Shown: positions 1-12,352, numbered from the stretch's first letter. The stretch: 64,000 bases of DNA from an uncultured Chloroflexia bacterium (GCA_963838285.1 CAWIQP010000004.1:397752-461751), one strand, 5' to 3'. A program made the numbers and translations. The notes: a model not told the origin generated them from the letters alone.

Positions 1-807
1 GTCGACTCGCGCTTCTCCCTGCTGCCGTTCCTGGCCGCGCTGGCCGGCGGGATGCTGCTCCACTCGGGCACGAACGTCATCAACGAGGTCTACGACGTCC
101 GCAAGGGCGTCGACACCATCACGTCCCCCCGGATGAGCCACGCCGTCCTGAAGGGCCGGGTCAGCGAGCGCGGCGCCTATGCCTTCGCCCTCGGCCTGTT
201 CGCTGCGGCGACCGTCGTCGGGACCTACCTGGTCTGGCTGCGCGGCCCGGCCATCGTCGGACTCGGTCTGGTCGGCCTCGTCGCCGGCTACACCTACACC
301 GCGCCGCCGTTCCAGTACAAGTACCGGGCCATGGGCGTGCCGATCGTCTTCGTGCTGATGGGCCCGACCATGGTGGTCGGCTCCTACTTCGCGGTAACAG
401 GAGCCTGGGACGTGCGGGCGCTGGTGCTGTCGATTCCCGTTGGACTGCTCGTGGCCGCGATCCTCCACGGCAACGAATGGCGCGACATCGGCGAGGACAC
501 TCGTGCGGGAATCGTCACGCTGTCGAGCCGGCTGGGGCGCGACTGGGCCCACTACGGGTATCTCGCGCTGGTTCTGGGCGCGTACGTGACCCTCGGTCTG
601 GCGGTTGCCCTCCGCTGGCTGCCGCCGACCACTGCCATCGCCGTCCTCTCGCTGCCGTTCCTGGCCCAGGTGGTTCGTTCGGCCGAGCTGGGCGCGACCG
701 GCCAGGCCCGGGCAATCGCCATGATCGACCTCCAGACGGCCAGACTCCACTTTGCCTTCGGGTTGCTGCTCGTGGTCGGGCTGCTCGCGGCGAGGATGCT
801 TCCCTGA
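1..807 (+). CDS. menA: UbiA-family polyprenyltransferase, MenA-like (1,4-dihydroxy-2-naphthoate polyprenyltransferase). The 5' end is truncated by the window edge
   Basis: The frame is open from nt 1 and continues the 52..807 ORF. The polytopic membrane protein has an N-D-x-x-D-x-x-x-G-x-D-like motif (NVINEVYDVRKGVDT) and its C-terminal region is typical of UbiA/MenA. Confidence 0.6.
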   Translation, partial: VDSRFSLLPFLAALAGGMLLHSGTNVINEVYDVRKGVDTITSPRMSHAVLKGRVSERGAYAFALGLFAAATVVGTYLVWLRGPAIVGLGLVGLVAGYTYTAPPFQYKYRAMGVPIVFVLMGPTMVVGSYFAVTGAWDVRALVLSIPVGLLVAAILHGNEWRDIGEDTRAGIVTLSSRLGRDWAHYGYLALVLGAYVTLGLAVALRWLPPTTAIAVLSLPFLAQVVRSAELGATGQARAIAMIDLQTARLHFAFGLLLVVGLLAARMLP

Positions 808-1454
808 TGGCCGGCCAGTTGGCCGGCCGGAGCAGGGTTCTCGAGGGGGCGGCCGCCGTGGGTCTGGCAGCCGCGGTTCCGGCGTTCGCGGCCACGTTCC
901 GGGGACCGCGCGACCGATTCTGGAGCCGCATGACGGCGACGGGCGCCGTGCTCGGCGGCCTGGCCCTCGCCTCCAACCCGCGTCTTCGGCGAACCCACGT
1001 CGGCGCCCGGGAAGTGGCGCTCGGCCTCGCCTCGGCCGCCGCGCTCTACGGCACGTTCAAGCTCGGCGACCGGTTCGCGCGGCGCTTCGTGCCGGGCGGC
1101 GACGCCCAGATCCGGGACATCTACTCGCTGCGCGAGCTCGCGCCCCGGGCGGAGACGGCGGCGCGCCTGGTCACTATCGTCGGCCCGGCCGAGGAGCTTT
1201 TCTGGCGAGGCCTGGTCCAGGAGGCGCTGATGCGCCGCTACGGCCGCTGGACCGGGGCGGCGATGGCGGCGGCGGCTTACTCGGCGGTGCACGTCACGAC
1301 GGGCAACTTCACCCTGATGGGCGCCGCGGGCGTTGCCGGCGTCCACTGGTGCGCGCTCTACGCCGCCGGCGTCCCGATCGGCGCCCTGATCGTGAGCCAC
1401 TGCGCCTGGGACGTCTGGATCTTCCTGGTCCAGCCGACGGGCGACATCCGGTAG
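807..1454 (+). CDS. CPBP-family intramembrane metalloprotease (CAAX protease/Abi)
   Basis: The ATG overlaps the upstream stop (TGATG). Motifs EELFWRG (EExxxR), YSAVH and SHCAWD are present and the protein is multi-TM. Confidence 0.75.
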   Translation: MAGQLAGRSRVLEGAAAVGLAAAVPAFAATFRGPRDRFWSRMTATGAVLGGLALASNPRLRRTHVGAREVALGLASAAALYGTFKLGDRFARRFVPGGDAQIRDIYSLRELAPRAETAARLVTIVGPAEELFWRGLVQEALMRRYGRWTGAAMAAAAYSAVHVTTGNFTLMGAAGVAGVHWCALYAAGVPIGALIVSHCAWDVWIFLVQPTGDIR

Positions 1455-1502
1455 CTCAGGCGGTCCGCCGGCAGCCGCGCGGCCTGCGGCGGCCGGGTCG
1501 GG

Positions 1503-2288
1503 TCAGTCCGCCCAGCGCTCCACGACGCGAGCCCACTTCTCGGCAGTCCGCGAGGGGCGCAGCCGCTGGCGGTGGACGCGCCGGGACTCGAGATCAACCA
1601 GTACCGGGCGCAGGAGCCGGAGCCAGCCATCGACGCGTTCGTAGGAAAGCTCCTGCACGGCCACCACGTCGCCGACCAGTCCGCTCCGGAGCTTGCGCCA
1701 CACGATCCCGACGCCCCAATCGCCGCACTCGAGCGAAGCCTGCGCGGCGGGCCCGCCGAGCGACGTGCCCAGGGTCATGAACCGCGGCCACTTCGAAGTC
1801 GTGACGGGATCGACGAGCGCGTCGACGAGCGCCTTCACGATCCACCACATCCCGTCCGAGCCCAGTCGGATCCGGTTGTCTCCGAGCGCCCAGATGTGGC
1901 CGTCGCCTCGTTCGTCCATCCTGAACACCAGGCCCGTCGGCGACCCGGGCAGGGAGAAGGAGAGCGGCTCGACCGGCGACACGTAGATGCGCGAGTCGCC
2001 CGGGAAGGAGACGGCCGCAGCCGGCGGAACGCCGAGCACCTCGGCCTGCTCGCCCTGTCTGTCCGCCTGGTCTATCAGGCCGCGAACCAGGGTCGTGACG
2101 GCTTCGTCGCTCAGTGGCGATGAATCGTCCCAGGTGGGTCGAGATCCAAGCTCGAAGAGCCTGGCCATGCCATCGCCATCGGACGGCCTGGTGACGACCT
2201 TGACCGTCCTGCCGTCGACCTCGACTTCGAGCGTCTCGTCGCCCGTAGCGACCTTCGTCTGCTGCACGGTGCCTCCTCGCTTGTCCAC
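1503..2288 (-). CDS. hypothetical protein
   Basis: 261-aa ORF with non-repetitive, Trp-containing composition, convergent with the CPBP gene. An alternative GTG start at 2267 lies behind an AGGAGG RBS. Confidence 0.5.
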   Translation of the reverse strand: MDKRGGTVQQTKVATGDETLEVEVDGRTVKVVTRPSDGDGMARLFELGSRPTWDDSSPLSDEAVTTLVRGLIDQADRQGEQAEVLGVPPAAAVSFPGDSRIYVSPVEPLSFSLPGSPTGLVFRMDERGDGHIWALGDNRIRLGSDGMWWIVKALVDALVDPVTTSKWPRFMTLGTSLGGPAAQASLECGDWGVGIVWRKLRSGLVGDVVAVQELSYERVDGWLRLLRPVLVDLESRRVHRQRLRPSRTAEKWARVVERWAD

Positions 2289-2581
2289 TCGGCGACCTCG
2301 GGTGGAGTGATCCCCAATCCCGCGCCCGCTCCTGGCTGAGTGAGGTTCCGCACCTCTGCCGCCCTCTCGCCCCGGCGGCCGAGATGCCCGGGCAGCCGGC
2401 CCGGCTGCTCAAGACTACGCCTTTCCGGCGGACCGAGTGGTACTTTCGGCGCCCGAAACCAGGACCCTCGGCCGCGCCGCAGTGTCGTCGCAGGGATCGA
2501 GGGTCGCCGGCGCCTCTATACTCGGGAGGCCCCGCCGGTCGCCTTCTGCCGGCGACCCGTCTCTTCCGAGGAGCTCGCGTC

Positions 2582-3982
2582 ATGGACACCGCCAAGGATC
2601 AAGCCGTCCCCGCCTCCGCCGCCGTAGCCCCGGCCGGCGCGCCGGCCCGCGACCTGACTCCGGCGGCGATCGACGCGCTCGCCGCCGCCGGGGACTACGC
2701 CGCGATCTCCGTGCCGCACCTCTCGCCGATCCTGGGCCGCTACTACGAGAGCAGCTGGAGCCACGGCGAGGGTCACACCCTGTACGACTCGGCCGGGCGC
2801 GGCTTCCTGGACTTCGCCTGCGGCATCGCCACCACCTCGCTGGGCCACCACCACCCCGCGGTCACCGCCGCGATCAAGGACCAGGCCGACAAGCTGCTCC
2901 ACATCTGCAATGCGCTCGGCTACCTGGAGCCGGTCGGCCGCCTGGCGGCCATGCTGGCCGACGCCTGCCCGGATCCGCTCGACACCGTCTTCTTCGGCAA
3001 CTCCGGCGCGGAGGCTGTCGAGGCGGCCCTGAAGCTCGCCCGCCGCGTCACCGGGCGGCCCGGCATCATCGCCTTCCGGGGCGCCTTCCACGGCCGGACC
3101 TTCGGCGCCGCGTCCATCACCAGCTCCAGCATCAACTACCGGCTCGGCTACGAACCGCTGCTGCCGTCGGTCTACCTTTCGCCCTTCCCCAACGTCTACC
3201 GCTACTTCGGCGACGACGAGGAAGCGGCCACGGCCGGCGCGATGGGCGCGCTGCGGACGCTCCTCGGCCACGAGATCCCGGCGTCGTCCGTGGCCGGCAT
3301 CATCATCGAGCCGATCCAGGGCGAAGGCGGCTTCAATCCCGCTCCCGCCTCTTTCCTGCGCGAACTGCGGGCCCTCTGCGACGAGAACGGCATCCTTCTC
3401 ATCTGCGACGAGATCCAGTCGGGCATCGCCCGGACCGGTCGCATGTGGGCCTTCGAGCACGCGGACATCGTGCCCGACGTGATCTGCGTGGCCAAGGCTC
3501 TGGCCAACGGCATGCCGATCGGCGCGATCGTCACCCGCCGCGAACTCCAGGAGCGATGGGGCGTCGGCGCGCACGGAACCACCTTCGGCGGCAACCCTGT
3601 GAGCTGCGCGGCCGGCATCGCTGTCATGCGCACGATCGAGGAGCAGGGACTCGTAGCCAACGCGGCCGAGCGCGGGGCCGAGCTGCAGGCGGCCCTGACG
3701 GCGCTCATGGCGGAGGACGATCGCATCGGCGACGTTCGGGGTCGGGGCCTGATGGTCGGCGTCGAACTGGTGAAGGACCGCGCCACTCGCGACCCCGACA
3801 CCGAGACGTGCGAGGCGCTCATCGGCGCCTGCGCGGACCAGGGTCTGCTGATTCTCAACTGCGGCACTCACCACAACGTGATCAGGTTCCTGCCGCCCGT
3901 CGACGTAACCGCCGAGGAGATAGCGCGCGGCGTGGAGCTGTTCCGGGCCGGGCTGCGGTCGCTGCCGCGCGCCTCAGCCTGA
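2582..3982 (+). CDS. class III pyridoxal-phosphate aminotransferase (4-aminobutyrate/acetylornithine aminotransferase family)
   Basis: PLP fold-type I class III signatures: GxAxxSLGHHHP, DEIQSGIARTG, VAKALANG, TFGGNP. A GAGGAG RBS precedes the ATG at 2582. Confidence 0.9.
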   Translation: MDTAKDQAVPASAAVAPAGAPARDLTPAAIDALAAAGDYAAISVPHLSPILGRYYESSWSHGEGHTLYDSAGRGFLDFACGIATTSLGHHHPAVTAAIKDQADKLLHICNALGYLEPVGRLAAMLADACPDPLDTVFFGNSGAEAVEAALKLARRVTGRPGIIAFRGAFHGRTFGAASITSSSINYRLGYEPLLPSVYLSPFPNVYRYFGDDEEAATAGAMGALRTLLGHEIPASSVAGIIIEPIQGEGGFNPAPASFLRELRALCDENGILLICDEIQSGIARTGRMWAFEHADIVPDVICVAKALANGMPIGAIVTRRELQERWGVGAHGTTFGGNPVSCAAGIAVMRTIEEQGLVANAAERGAELQAALTALMAEDDRIGDVRGRGLMVGVELVKDRATRDPDTETCEALIGACADQGLLILNCGTHHNVIRFLPPVDVTAEEIARGVELFRAGLRSLPRASA

Positions 3983-4002
3983 GGCGGCGCGATCGCAGAA
4001 AC

Positions 4003-4039
4003 GTCGACGCCCGCGGCAGCCGCCGCGGGCGTCGACTTT
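4003..4039. terminator. bidirectional intrinsic terminator hairpin between convergent genes
   Basis: Perfect 15-bp inverted repeat gtcgacgcccgcggc / gccgcgggcgtcgac with a 4-nt loop, followed by TTTGG. Confidence 0.6.
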
Positions 4040-4102
4040 GGCTCTCCGGATTTGGGCACCTTACCCAGTGGCGGGCCCCGGCGAACCGGTAGTTGCGAAG
4101 GG

Positions 4103-4318
4103 CTAGCGATTCTTGTCGAGGAACGTCATCACGTCCTCTAGCCGGAAGCGGCGGTCGCCACGCTTGCAGACGCGGTAGAAGGGCAGCTCGCCCCGATCAC
4201 CGAGTCTCTTCACGGTATTGACGTGCAGGTGAAGCATTGCCGCCACTTCGCTCGCGGTAAGCATCGGACCGAGTTCGTTAGCGGCCATGGCAGCCATGGG
4301 TTTCCTCTGCGCCTGCAT
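4103..4318 (-). CDS. excisionase-family/MerR-like helix-turn-helix DNA-binding protein (BldC-like)
   Basis: 72 aa. LTASEVAAMLHLHVNTVKRLGDRGELPFYRVCKRGDRRFRLEDV matches the excisionase/HTH_17 fold. An alternative start is at 4297. Confidence 0.7.
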   Translation of the reverse strand: MQAQRKPMAAMAANELGPMLTASEVAAMLHLHVNTVKRLGDRGELPFYRVCKRGDRRFRLEDVMTFLDKNR

Positions 4319-4518
4319 GTGAAACGCTGCGTTCTGTGTTCCTGCGTACCAGGTCCTCGCCGGACCCGAGGCGACGCGAACCGTACAGACTCCACCCAAC
4401 CGTCACAAGCCGTACTTTGGACTAGCGCCATCGGTACCGGCCGTGGCGGCACGATAGGTACCGGTCCCGCCGGCCACCAGTCCCAGTCCGCGTCTCGACC
4501 GGCCGCGGCCGGCGCCGA

Positions 4519-5472
4519 TCAGCTGGCCGCGGGCGTGGCCGTCGCGGAGCCGGAGCCGCTCGGGGCCGGCGTCGCAGTCGCGGGGGCGGTCGGCGAGGCA
4601 CTCGGCGCCGCGGACGCTCCCGGGCTGCCCGACGCCCCGGGCGACGCGGATGGGGCCAGGCTTCCGGACGGCAGGGCGACCACGGGTTCCCCACTCGGCA
4701 GCGGCGCGAGGCCCGGAATCGCGGTCTCCGCCGCCAGGAAGTCGGACTGCAGCGCGGTGTCGTCGGCGTTCAGATCGTCCCTGAGCGCAAGCAGATCGTC
4801 CATCGACTTGGCCGCCCCCATCTGGTTCTGGAGCAGGTCGGCCTCGGCCGTTCCGTCGCCGGTCAGCTGTTGCACCAGCTCCGTCGTGGTGGCGGCCGCG
4901 TTCGGATTGGGCGTGGCGTTGGGGTCGTCCCAGCTGGCGATGTTGTTGAGATCGTCCATCCAGCCCCTCGTGTCCGCGCCGAGAGACTTGTACGCGCTCA
5001 GCAGCGCGTTGAAGTCGTTGTTCGCGACCGCGACCGAGACGGCCTTGAGGTCCGCGTCTCGCTTCGGCTTCCAGATGCTCTCGATCCGCGTCCAGTTGTC
5101 CTTCGCCGTGGGAGTGTGCGGCCCAAAGCTGGTGTACGCCCAGACTCCGGCGAAGAGGATGACGAACGCGATGAAGAGCGGGACGTACGCCTGCACGTAG
5201 CCGTAGGCGTTGCGAGCCATTGAGTTCCGCTGAACTCTGGCGAGGCCGTGCTTGCGGCGGACCGGTCTGCTCTCGCGGCCGGCCGGCGTCAACTCGACCT
5301 CGACCGCGTCGTCGGCAGGCGCGTCGGCCGCGGCGGGCTTTGACGCGTCCGGCGCGGCCGGCTTTCGCGACGCGTCCGGCGCGGCGGGCTTGCGTGCGGC
5401 TTCGGAGGCCTTGCGAGACGAGGTGCGATTGCTGCCTGGCGCGGCTCGGCCGCGGCGCGACTGTGGCGACAA
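4519..5472 (-). CDS. hypothetical single-pass membrane protein with Pro/Ala-rich N- and C-terminal repeats
   Basis: TTG start behind an AGGGAG RBS. The TM segment is VPLFIAFVILFAGVWAY. The N-terminal RKPAAPDAS repeats are encoded by DNA direct repeats at 5280-5400. An alternative ATG start is at 5220. Confidence 0.55.
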   Translation of the reverse strand: MSPQSRRGRAAPGSNRTSSRKASEAARKPAAPDASRKPAAPDASKPAAADAPADDAVEVELTPAGRESRPVRRKHGLARVQRNSMARNAYGYVQAYVPLFIAFVILFAGVWAYTSFGPHTPTAKDNWTRIESIWKPKRDADLKAVSVAVANNDFNALLSAYKSLGADTRGWMDDLNNIASWDDPNATPNPNAAATTTELVQQLTGDGTAEADLLQNQMGAAKSMDDLLALRDDLNADDTALQSDFLAAETAIPGLAPLPSGEPVVALPSGSLAPSASPGASGSPGASAAPSASPTAPATATPAPSGSGSATATPAAS

Positions 5473-5818
5473 TGCGGTTACTCCCTGACGATGCCTGGGC
5501 GGGCCTGTTCCCGCTCGCCTCCGCGGAATCCCCCCCCGAGATACCTCGACGGGGGCCTCGGAAGTCTATCGCGATTCCCCGACCCAAGGCGGACCTCGCT
5601 CCCCCGCCGGCAGCCGCGGGAGTAGTCCTGCGGAGCGGGCACCTCCCGGTCGGTAACCGATTCGCAACCTTCACGAACTTGACCTGGGGCCGCTCCCTAT
5701 TCGACACTCGCCTTTCCGCGACGGAAGATGGCTCCCGCTCTGGAGCAGGCACCGCTGTCGCCACCGCGGGAGGGGCGGTGGAGACGGTTCTGGCGTAGTC
5801 GAGCGAGGACGGCGCAAG

Positions 5819-8800
5819 GTGAAGCAGAACGGCGGATCGCGAGCCGAAGGGCTCTACGACCCCAGCTTCGAGCACGACGCGTGCGGCTTCGGCTTCGTCG
5901 TGGACATCGCCGGGCGCCCCTCTCACGACATCGTGCGCGACGCCCTGACCGTCCTGGTCAACCTCGAGCATCGCGGCGCCACGGGCTCCGACAAGAACAC
6001 CGGCGACGGCGCCGGACTGACCATCCAGATTCCCCACCGCTTCCTCGCCGACATGGCCGCCAGGTCCGGCGTGAGACTCCGCGGCAAGGGCGGCTACGGC
6101 GTCGGGATGGTCTTCCTGCCGCAGGACAAGGTCAGCCGCGTCGAGTGCTTCCGGCTCTTCGAGCAGGTCGTCGCCGACGAGGGCCTGCACTTCCTGGGCT
6201 GGCGCGACGTCCCCACCGAGAACGCCAGTCTTGGCGCCAGCGCGAAGGCCGCACAGCCGCTCATCCGCCAGGTCTTCATCGATCGGCCGGAGCGCCTGGT
6301 CGAGGACATGGCCTTTGAGCGCAAGCTGTACATCGTCCGCCGCCTGGTGGAGAAGGCCGTGTCGCGCTCGGCGATCCCGTCGCGCGGAGACTTCTACATT
6401 CCCTCGCTCAGCTGCCGGACGATCGTCTACAAGGGCATGCTCAATGCCTCGCAGCTGCGCGTCTTCTACCCCGATCTGGCCGACGAGCGCGTCGAGAGCG
6501 CCATCGCCATGGTCCACTCGCGCTTCTCCACCAACACGTTCCCGTCATGGCCGCGAGCCCATCCCTACCGCTTCATCTCGCACAATGGCGAGATCAACAC
6601 ACTTCGCGGCAACGTCAACTGGATGCACGCCCGGCAGTCGCAGTTCAGCTCCACGGTCTTCGGCGACGAGCTTACGAAGGCCCTGCCGGCCATCGACACA
6701 GAGGGTTCCGACTCGGCCATCCTGGACAACGTGCTGGAGTTGCTGTACCTCTCCGGCCGCTCACTGGCCCACGCCCTGATGATGATGGTGCCGGAGCCAT
6801 GGCAGCATCACGAGTCGATGGCGCCGGAGAAGCGAGCCTTCTACGAGTTCCATTCGTGCCTCATGGAGCCCTGGGACGGTCCCGCCTCGATCGCCTTCAC
6901 GGACGGCATCCGGGTCGGTGCCACGCTCGACCGCAACGGCCTGCGACCCGCGCGGTACTGGGTCACGGCCGACGGCCGGGTCGTCATGGCATCTGAGGCC
7001 GGCGTCCTCGACATCCCGCCGGACCAGGTCGTCGCCAAGGGACGGCTTCAGCCGGGACGCATGTTCCTCGTCGACACGGGCGAGCAGCGGATCGTCTCGG
7101 ACGACGAGCTGAAGCGGCGCGTCACCACCGAGCATCCCTACGAGGAGTGGGTCCGCGAGTGGCTGGTCAAGCTGACCGAGCTGCCGCCACCGCCGCGCGT
7201 GATCGAGCCGGACCACGAGACCGTCCTGCGCCGCCAGGAAGTCTTCGGCTACACCGCCGAGGACGTGCGGATGCTGATCAATCCGATGGCCGCGACCGGC
7301 ACCGAGCCGGTTGGGGCGATGGGCGACGACAGCGCTCTGGCCGTCCTCTCCGAACGCCCGCAGCTGCTCTACTCGTACTTCAGACAGCTCTTCGCGCAGG
7401 TGACAAACCCGCCGATCGACTCGATTCGCGAGGAGATCATCACCGCCACCGAGATGGCGATCGGGCCGGAGGGCAACCTGCTCGAGCCGGAGCCGTCGTC
7501 GGCGCACCAGCTCGAGCTGCCGTCGCCGGTCCTCTCCAACGAAGAGCTGGAGAAGATCCGCAACCTGGCCACCGGCGACGCCTCGTGCAAGCCCGCGGAG
7601 CACGGCTTCAAGACGATCACGCTGCCGATCCTCTACCAGGTCGCCGACGGCGGCGCGGGCATGCGCAAGGCCATCGAGCAGCTGCGGGATCGCTGCTCCG
7701 AGGCTATCTCCGAGGGCCACAACATCATCATCCTGTCGGACCGCGGCCACGGCGCCGAAGAGGCCCCGATCCCCGCACTTCTGGCCGTCTCGGCGGTTCA
7801 CCACCACCTCGTGCGGGCCGGCACCCGGACTCAGGTCGGCCTCGTCCTGGAATCCGGCGAGCCCCGCGAAGTCCACCACTTCGCCCTGCTCCTCGGCTAC
7901 GGCGCCAGCGCGGTCAACCCGTACCTAGCCTTCGAGACGGTCCACGACCAGGTCCGCCTGGGCATGATCTCGGGCTCCGCCGACCTGGCCGAGAAGAAGT
8001 ACCGCAAGGCCATCGCCAAGGGCATCGTCAAGGTCATCTCGAAGATGGGCATCAGCACCGTCCAGAGCTACCACGGCGCCCAGGTCTTCGAGGCCCTCGG
8101 GCTCAACCAGGACTTCATCGACGAGTACTTCACCTGGACGCCCACCCGCATCGGCGGCGTCGGCATCGACGTCGTCGCCCGCGAGGTGAAGATGCGCCAG
8201 GATCGAGCCTACCCGCCCAAGCGGCCGATCTACCACAAGCAGCTCGGCGTGGGCGGCAACGTCCAGTACCGCGTCGAGGGCGAGCACCACCTGCTGAACC
8301 CGCTGTCGATCTCGCAGCTCCAGTACGCAACGAGGAGCGGCAGCTATCCCGCGTTCAAGGAGTACTCGAAGCTCATCGACGACCAATCCGAGGGCCTGTG
8401 CACGCTGCGCGGCTTGATGGACTTCAAGTCGAACCACAGGCATCCGCTCTCGATCGACGAGGTCGAGCCGGTCGAATCGATCGTCAAGCGCTTCAAGACC
8501 GGCGCCATGAGCTACGGCTCGATCTCGCGGGAGACCCACGAAGCGCTCGCCATCGCCATGAACCGCCTCGGGGCCAAGTCGAACACCGGGGAAGGCGGCG
8601 AGGACCCGGCGCGATTCGAGACGCTGCCCAACGGCGACTCCCTCAAGAGCGCCATCAAGCAGGTCGCCTCCGGCCGCTTCGGCGTGACGAGCGAATACCT
8701 GGTCAGCGCCCGCGAGATCCAGATCAAGATGGCCCAGGGCGCCAAGCCCGGCGAGGGCGGCCAGCTCCCCGGCCACAAGGTCTACCCGTGGATCGCAAAG

Positions 8801-10468
8801 GTCCGCCACTCGACCCCGGGCGTCGGCCTGATCAGTCCGCCACCGCATCACGACATCTACTCGATCGAGGACCTGGCGGAGCTGATCCACGACCTCAAGA
8901 ACGCCAACCCGGACGCCCGCATCTCGGTCAAGCTCGTCTCCGAGGTAGGCGTCGGGACGATCGCCGCGGGAGTCGCCAAGGCCCACGCCGACGTCATCCT
9001 CATCAGCGGCCACGACGGCGGCACAGGCGCCTCGCCGCTTTCCTCGATCAAGCACGCCGGCCTGCCCTGGGAGCTCGGCATCGCCGAGACGAACCAGACG
9101 CTGCTCATCAACGATCTACGGTCGCGCGTGGCGGTCGAGGTCGACGGCCAGATGAAGACCGGCCGCGACGTCGTCGTCGGCGCCCTGCTCGGGGCGGAGG
9201 AGTTCGGCTTCGCGACCGCGCCCCTGGTCACCCTCGGTTGCGTGATGATGCGGGTCTGTCACCTGAACACCTGCCCCGTCGGCGTCGCCACGCAGGATCC
9301 GGAGCTTCGAAAGCGCTTCACCGGCGACCCTCAGTACGTGGTCAACTTCATGACCTTCGTCGCCCAGGAGGTCCGCGAGTACATGGCCCAGCTGGGCTTC
9401 CGGACGTTCGACGAGATGGTCGGCCACTCCGAGCGGCTCGAGATGCGGCGGGCGATCGACCACTGGAAGGCGCACAGCCTCGACTTCAGCCGGATCCTGT
9501 GCCAGCCGCAGGTGCCGAAGACGACGCTGCGGACCTGCCAGATCGGACAGGAGCACAAGATCGAGGTGTCGCTCGACTCAACGACGCTCATCCCGTTGTG
9601 CCAGCCAGCTCTCGAACGCGGCGAGAAGGTGACTGCCGAACTGCCCATCCGCAACGTCAACCGTGTCGTCGGCACGACCCTCGGCTCCGAGGTCACGCGC
9701 CGCTACGGCGGCGCCGGGCTGCCGGAGGACACGATCAGCCTCCACTTCCGCGGCTCGGCCGGCCAGAGCTTCGGTGCCTTCATCCCGAAGGGCATCACGC
9801 TCACCCTCGAGGGCGACGCCAACGACTACCTGGGCAAGGGCCTCTCGGGCGGCAAGATCGTCCTCTATCCGCCGCGCGAGGCCACGTTCGTGGCCGAGGA
9901 GAACGTCGTTACCGGAAACGTGGCCTTCTACGGAGCCACGTCGGGCGAGGCCTACATCCGCGGCATCGCCGGCGAGCGGTTCTGCGTCCGCAACTCCGGC
10001 GTCAAGGCCGTGGTGGAAGGCGTGGGCGACCACGGCTGCGAGTACATGACCGGCGGCAGGGTCGTCGTGATCGGCAAGACCGGCCGCAACTTCGCGGCGG
10101 GCATGTCGGGCGGCGTGGCCTACGTCCTGGACGAGAGCGGCGAAGGCGGGGCCGCGGGAGGCGGCTTCGAGCGGGTGTGCAACAAGGAGATGGTCCAGCT
10201 CTTCCCGCTGACCGATCCGCGGGAAGTCGCCGAAGTCAAGCGCCTCCTGGAGCGCCATGTCGAGTACACCGCCAGCACGCGGGCCAGGGCGCTTCTCGAC
10301 GACTGGCAGACGACCGTCGGCCGGTTCATCCGAGTCGTCCCGAACGACTACCGCCGCGTCGTCGAGGCCCAGGCAAGGATGCGCGAGAAGGGCCTCTCGC
10401 AGGAGGAGGCCGAGATGGCCGCCTTCGACGAGAACGTCATGGACGCGCGCCGAGTGGCGGGGAACTGA
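5819..10468 (+). CDS. gltB: glutamate synthase large subunit
   Basis: 1549 aa. Has the N-terminal amidotransferase Cys ([11 protein letters not shown]), FMN and GXGXG domains. GTG start. Confidence 0.97.
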   Translation: MKQNGGSRAEGLYDPSFEHDACGFGFVVDIAGRPSHDIVRDALTVLVNLEHRGATGSDKNTGDGAGLTIQIPHRFLADMAARSGVRLRGKGGYGVGMVFLPQDKVSRVECFRLFEQVVADEGLHFLGWRDVPTENASLGASAKAAQPLIRQVFIDRPERLVEDMAFERKLYIVRRLVEKAVSRSAIPSRGDFYIPSLSCRTIVYKGMLNASQLRVFYPDLADERVESAIAMVHSRFSTNTFPSWPRAHPYRFISHNGEINTLRGNVNWMHARQSQFSSTVFGDELTKALPAIDTEGSDSAILDNVLELLYLSGRSLAHALMMMVPEPWQHHESMAPEKRAFYEFHSCLMEPWDGPASIAFTDGIRVGATLDRNGLRPARYWVTADGRVVMASEAGVLDIPPDQVVAKGRLQPGRMFLVDTGEQRIVSDDELKRRVTTEHPYEEWVREWLVKLTELPPPPRVIEPDHETVLRRQEVFGYTAEDVRMLINPMAATGTEPVGAMGDDSALAVLSERPQLLYSYFRQLFAQVTNPPIDSIREEIITATEMAIGPEGNLLEPEPSSAHQLELPSPVLSNEELEKIRNLATGDASCKPAEHGFKTITLPILYQVADGGAGMRKAIEQLRDRCSEAISEGHNIIILSDRGHGAEEAPIPALLAVSAVHHHLVRAGTRTQVGLVLESGEPREVHHFALLLGYGASAVNPYLAFETVHDQVRLGMISGSADLAEKKYRKAIAKGIVKVISKMGISTVQSYHGAQVFEALGLNQDFIDEYFTWTPTRIGGVGIDVVAREVKMRQDRAYPPKRPIYHKQLGVGGNVQYRVEGEHHLLNPLSISQLQYATRSGSYPAFKEYSKLIDDQSEGLCTLRGLMDFKSNHRHPLSIDEVEPVESIVKRFKTGAMSYGSISRETHEALAIAMNRLGAKSNTGEGGEDPARFETLPNGDSLKSAIKQVASGRFGVTSEYLVSAREIQIKMAQGAKPGEGGQLPGHKVYPWIAKVRHSTPGVGLISPPPHHDIYSIEDLAELIHDLKNANPDARISVKLVSEVGVGTIAAGVAKAHADVILISGHDGGTGASPLSSIKHAGLPWELGIAETNQTLLINDLRSRVAVEVDGQMKTGRDVVVGALLGAEEFGFATAPLVTLGCVMMRVCHLNTCPVGVATQDPELRKRFTGDPQYVVNFMTFVAQEVREYMAQLGFRTFDEMVGHSERLEMRRAIDHWKAHSLDFSRILCQPQVPKTTLRTCQIGQEHKIEVSLDSTTLIPLCQPALERGEKVTAELPIRNVNRVVGTTLGSEVTRRYGGAGLPEDTISLHFRGSAGQSFGAFIPKGITLTLEGDANDYLGKGLSGGKIVLYPPREATFVAEENVVTGNVAFYGATSGEAYIRGIAGERFCVRNSGVKAVVEGVGDHGCEYMTGGRVVVIGKTGRNFAAGMSGGVAYVLDESGEGGAAGGGFERVCNKEMVQLFPLTDPREVAEVKRLLERHVEYTASTRARALLDDWQTTVGRFIRVVPNDYRRVVEAQARMREKGLSQEEAEMAAFDENVMDARRVAGN

Positions 10469-10470
10469 CG

Positions 10471-11964
10471 ATGGGCAAGCCGACCGGCTTCATGGAGTTC
10501 GGGCGCGAGCCGGCCCACGTCCGGCCGCCGCTGGAGCGAGTCAAGGATTGGGCCGAGACCCACCCGGGCTACGAGGAAGCGACTCTCCGCGACCAGGGAG
10601 CCCGGTGCATGGACTGCGGCATCCCCTATTGCCACACCGGCGCGCTCGTCAACGGCCTGGCTCTGGGCTGCCCGATCCATAACCTTATCCCCGAGTGGAA
10701 CGACCTGATCTATCGCGGGCAATGGCGCGAGGCGATCATCCGGCTTCACAAGACGAACAACTTCCCGGAATTCACGGGCCGCGTCTGCCCGGCGCCGTGC
10801 GAGGGCTCCTGCACTCTGGGCATCAGCCAGCCGGCGGTGACGATCAAGACCATCGAGAACGAGATCGTCGAGCGCGCGTTCCTGGAGGGTTGGATCGTTC
10901 CGGAACCGCCGCTGGCCCGGACGGGCATGAAGGTCGCGGTCGTCGGCAGCGGGCCCTCGGGGCTGGCCGCGGCCGCGCAGCTGAACAAGGCCGGCCACCA
11001 GGTGACGGTCTTCGAGCGCGACGACAGAGTCGGCGGCCTGCTCGTGTACGGCATCCCCAACATGAAGCTGGACAAGTCGGTCGTCGATCGGCGCGTCAAG
11101 CTGCTCGAGGCCGAGGGAATCGACTTCGTCACGGGCACGGCCGTCGGCGTGGACGTTCCGGCCGAGCAGCTCGTCCGGGAGTACGACGCCGTGGTCCTGG
11201 CGACGGGCTCCACGGTTCCACGCGACCTGAAGGTCGAGGGCCGCGAGTTGGCGGGCGTCCACTTCGCCATGGAGTTCCTGGTCGCCAGCACGCGAGCCCT
11301 GCTCGGAGGGCCGGCGACGCCAATCTCGGCCGCGGGCAAGAACGTGGTCGTCATCGGCGGCGGCGACACCGGCACCGACTGCGTCGGCACGGCCGTCCGA
11401 CAGGGCGCGAAGAGCGTGGTCCAACTCGAGATCCTGCCCCGTCCGCCGGAGACGCGCGCTGCCGACAACCCGTGGCCCCAATGGCCCAAGGTGTACAAGC
11501 TCGACTACGGCCAGGAAGAGGCCGCCGCCCTGTGGGGCGCCGATCCACGACGCTATCTCATCAACACGCGGAGGCTCCTCGGCGACGAGGCGTCCGCGGG
11601 CGGCGGTCGGGTGACGGCAATCGAAACCGTCGAGATCGAGTGGGTCCACACCCCGGGCGGACGGCCCGAGATGCGCGAATGCCCAGGCACCGAGTCGCGG
11701 CTTCCGGCCGACCTCGTTCTGATCGCGATGGGCTTCACGGGGCCGGCGCCGGAGCTTCCGGCCGCCTTCGGCTGCAAGCTGGACCACCGCGGCAACATCG
11801 TCCACGACGACGACTTCATGACCACCACGCCGGGCGTCTTCGCGGCGGGCGACTGCTCTCGCGGACAATCGCTGGTGGTCTGGGCCATCAACGAGGGGCG
11901 CCTGGCGGCCCGCGCGGTGGACAAGTACCTGATGTTCGGCGAGTCGGTCCTGCCCGACTACTGA
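10471..11964 (+). CDS. gltD: glutamate synthase small subunit (NADPH)
   Basis: The start is 2 nt after the gltB stop. Fe-S cysteines ([20 protein letters not shown]) and FAD/NAD Rossmann motifs [10 protein letters not shown] and GGGDTGTDC are present. Confidence 0.95.
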   Translation: MGKPTGFMEFGREPAHVRPPLERVKDWAETHPGYEEATLRDQGARCMDCGIPYCHTGALVNGLALGCPIHNLIPEWNDLIYRGQWREAIIRLHKTNNFPEFTGRVCPAPCEGSCTLGISQPAVTIKTIENEIVERAFLEGWIVPEPPLARTGMKVAVVGSGPSGLAAAAQLNKAGHQVTVFERDDRVGGLLVYGIPNMKLDKSVVDRRVKLLEAEGIDFVTGTAVGVDVPAEQLVREYDAVVLATGSTVPRDLKVEGRELAGVHFAMEFLVASTRALLGGPATPISAAGKNVVVIGGGDTGTDCVGTAVRQGAKSVVQLEILPRPPETRAADNPWPQWPKVYKLDYGQEEAAALWGADPRRYLINTRRLLGDEASAGGGRVTAIETVEIEWVHTPGGRPEMRECPGTESRLPADLVLIAMGFTGPAPELPAAFGCKLDHRGNIVHDDDFMTTTPGVFAAGDCSRGQSLVVWAINEGRLAARAVDKYLMFGESVLPDY

Positions 11965-12099
11965 GAGGCGGCTGGTCGGCCTGGCAGGTTCCGGGGCTCG
12001 CCCCGAGACTGCGCTCGCCCGCGCGGCGAGCGGACTCCCCGAAGCTGGGTTGCCGGCGCGCCGGGCGCGCCGAGCGCGAACCGGACCCCCACGGGCCTG

Positions 12100-12184
12100 G
12101 TGCGGCGCCCCGTGTGCTCTGTTGCGGCGCCCCGGGTGCTCTGTTGCGGCGCCCGGGCGTTCTGTTGCGGCGCCCGGGCGTTCT
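12100..12184. repeat. tandem repeat, about 4 copies of a 21-22 bp unit (gttgcggcgcccgggcgttct)
   Basis: Direct tandem copies with small variants, intergenic downstream of gltD. Confidence 0.85.
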
Positions 12185-12352
12185 AGGCGCCAACCTGGGC
12201 GCGAACCTGGCCAAATGCCGATCCCCGTAGCGCGGCCCCAGGTCTCGCCCACGCAGCGCCTCGGTTCCAGGTCGGCAAGGCGCTCGATATGGGCCCGCGG
12301 GGCCAGCAAACCGGCGTCGCGGATGCCATTCCTGCCATACGCAGGCCTCAGA

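Noticed and set aside
4403-6517. 704-aa minus-strand ORF
   Set aside because: It overlaps the membrane-protein gene and the 5' end of gltB in antisense. The composition is junk-like (RRGRG...).
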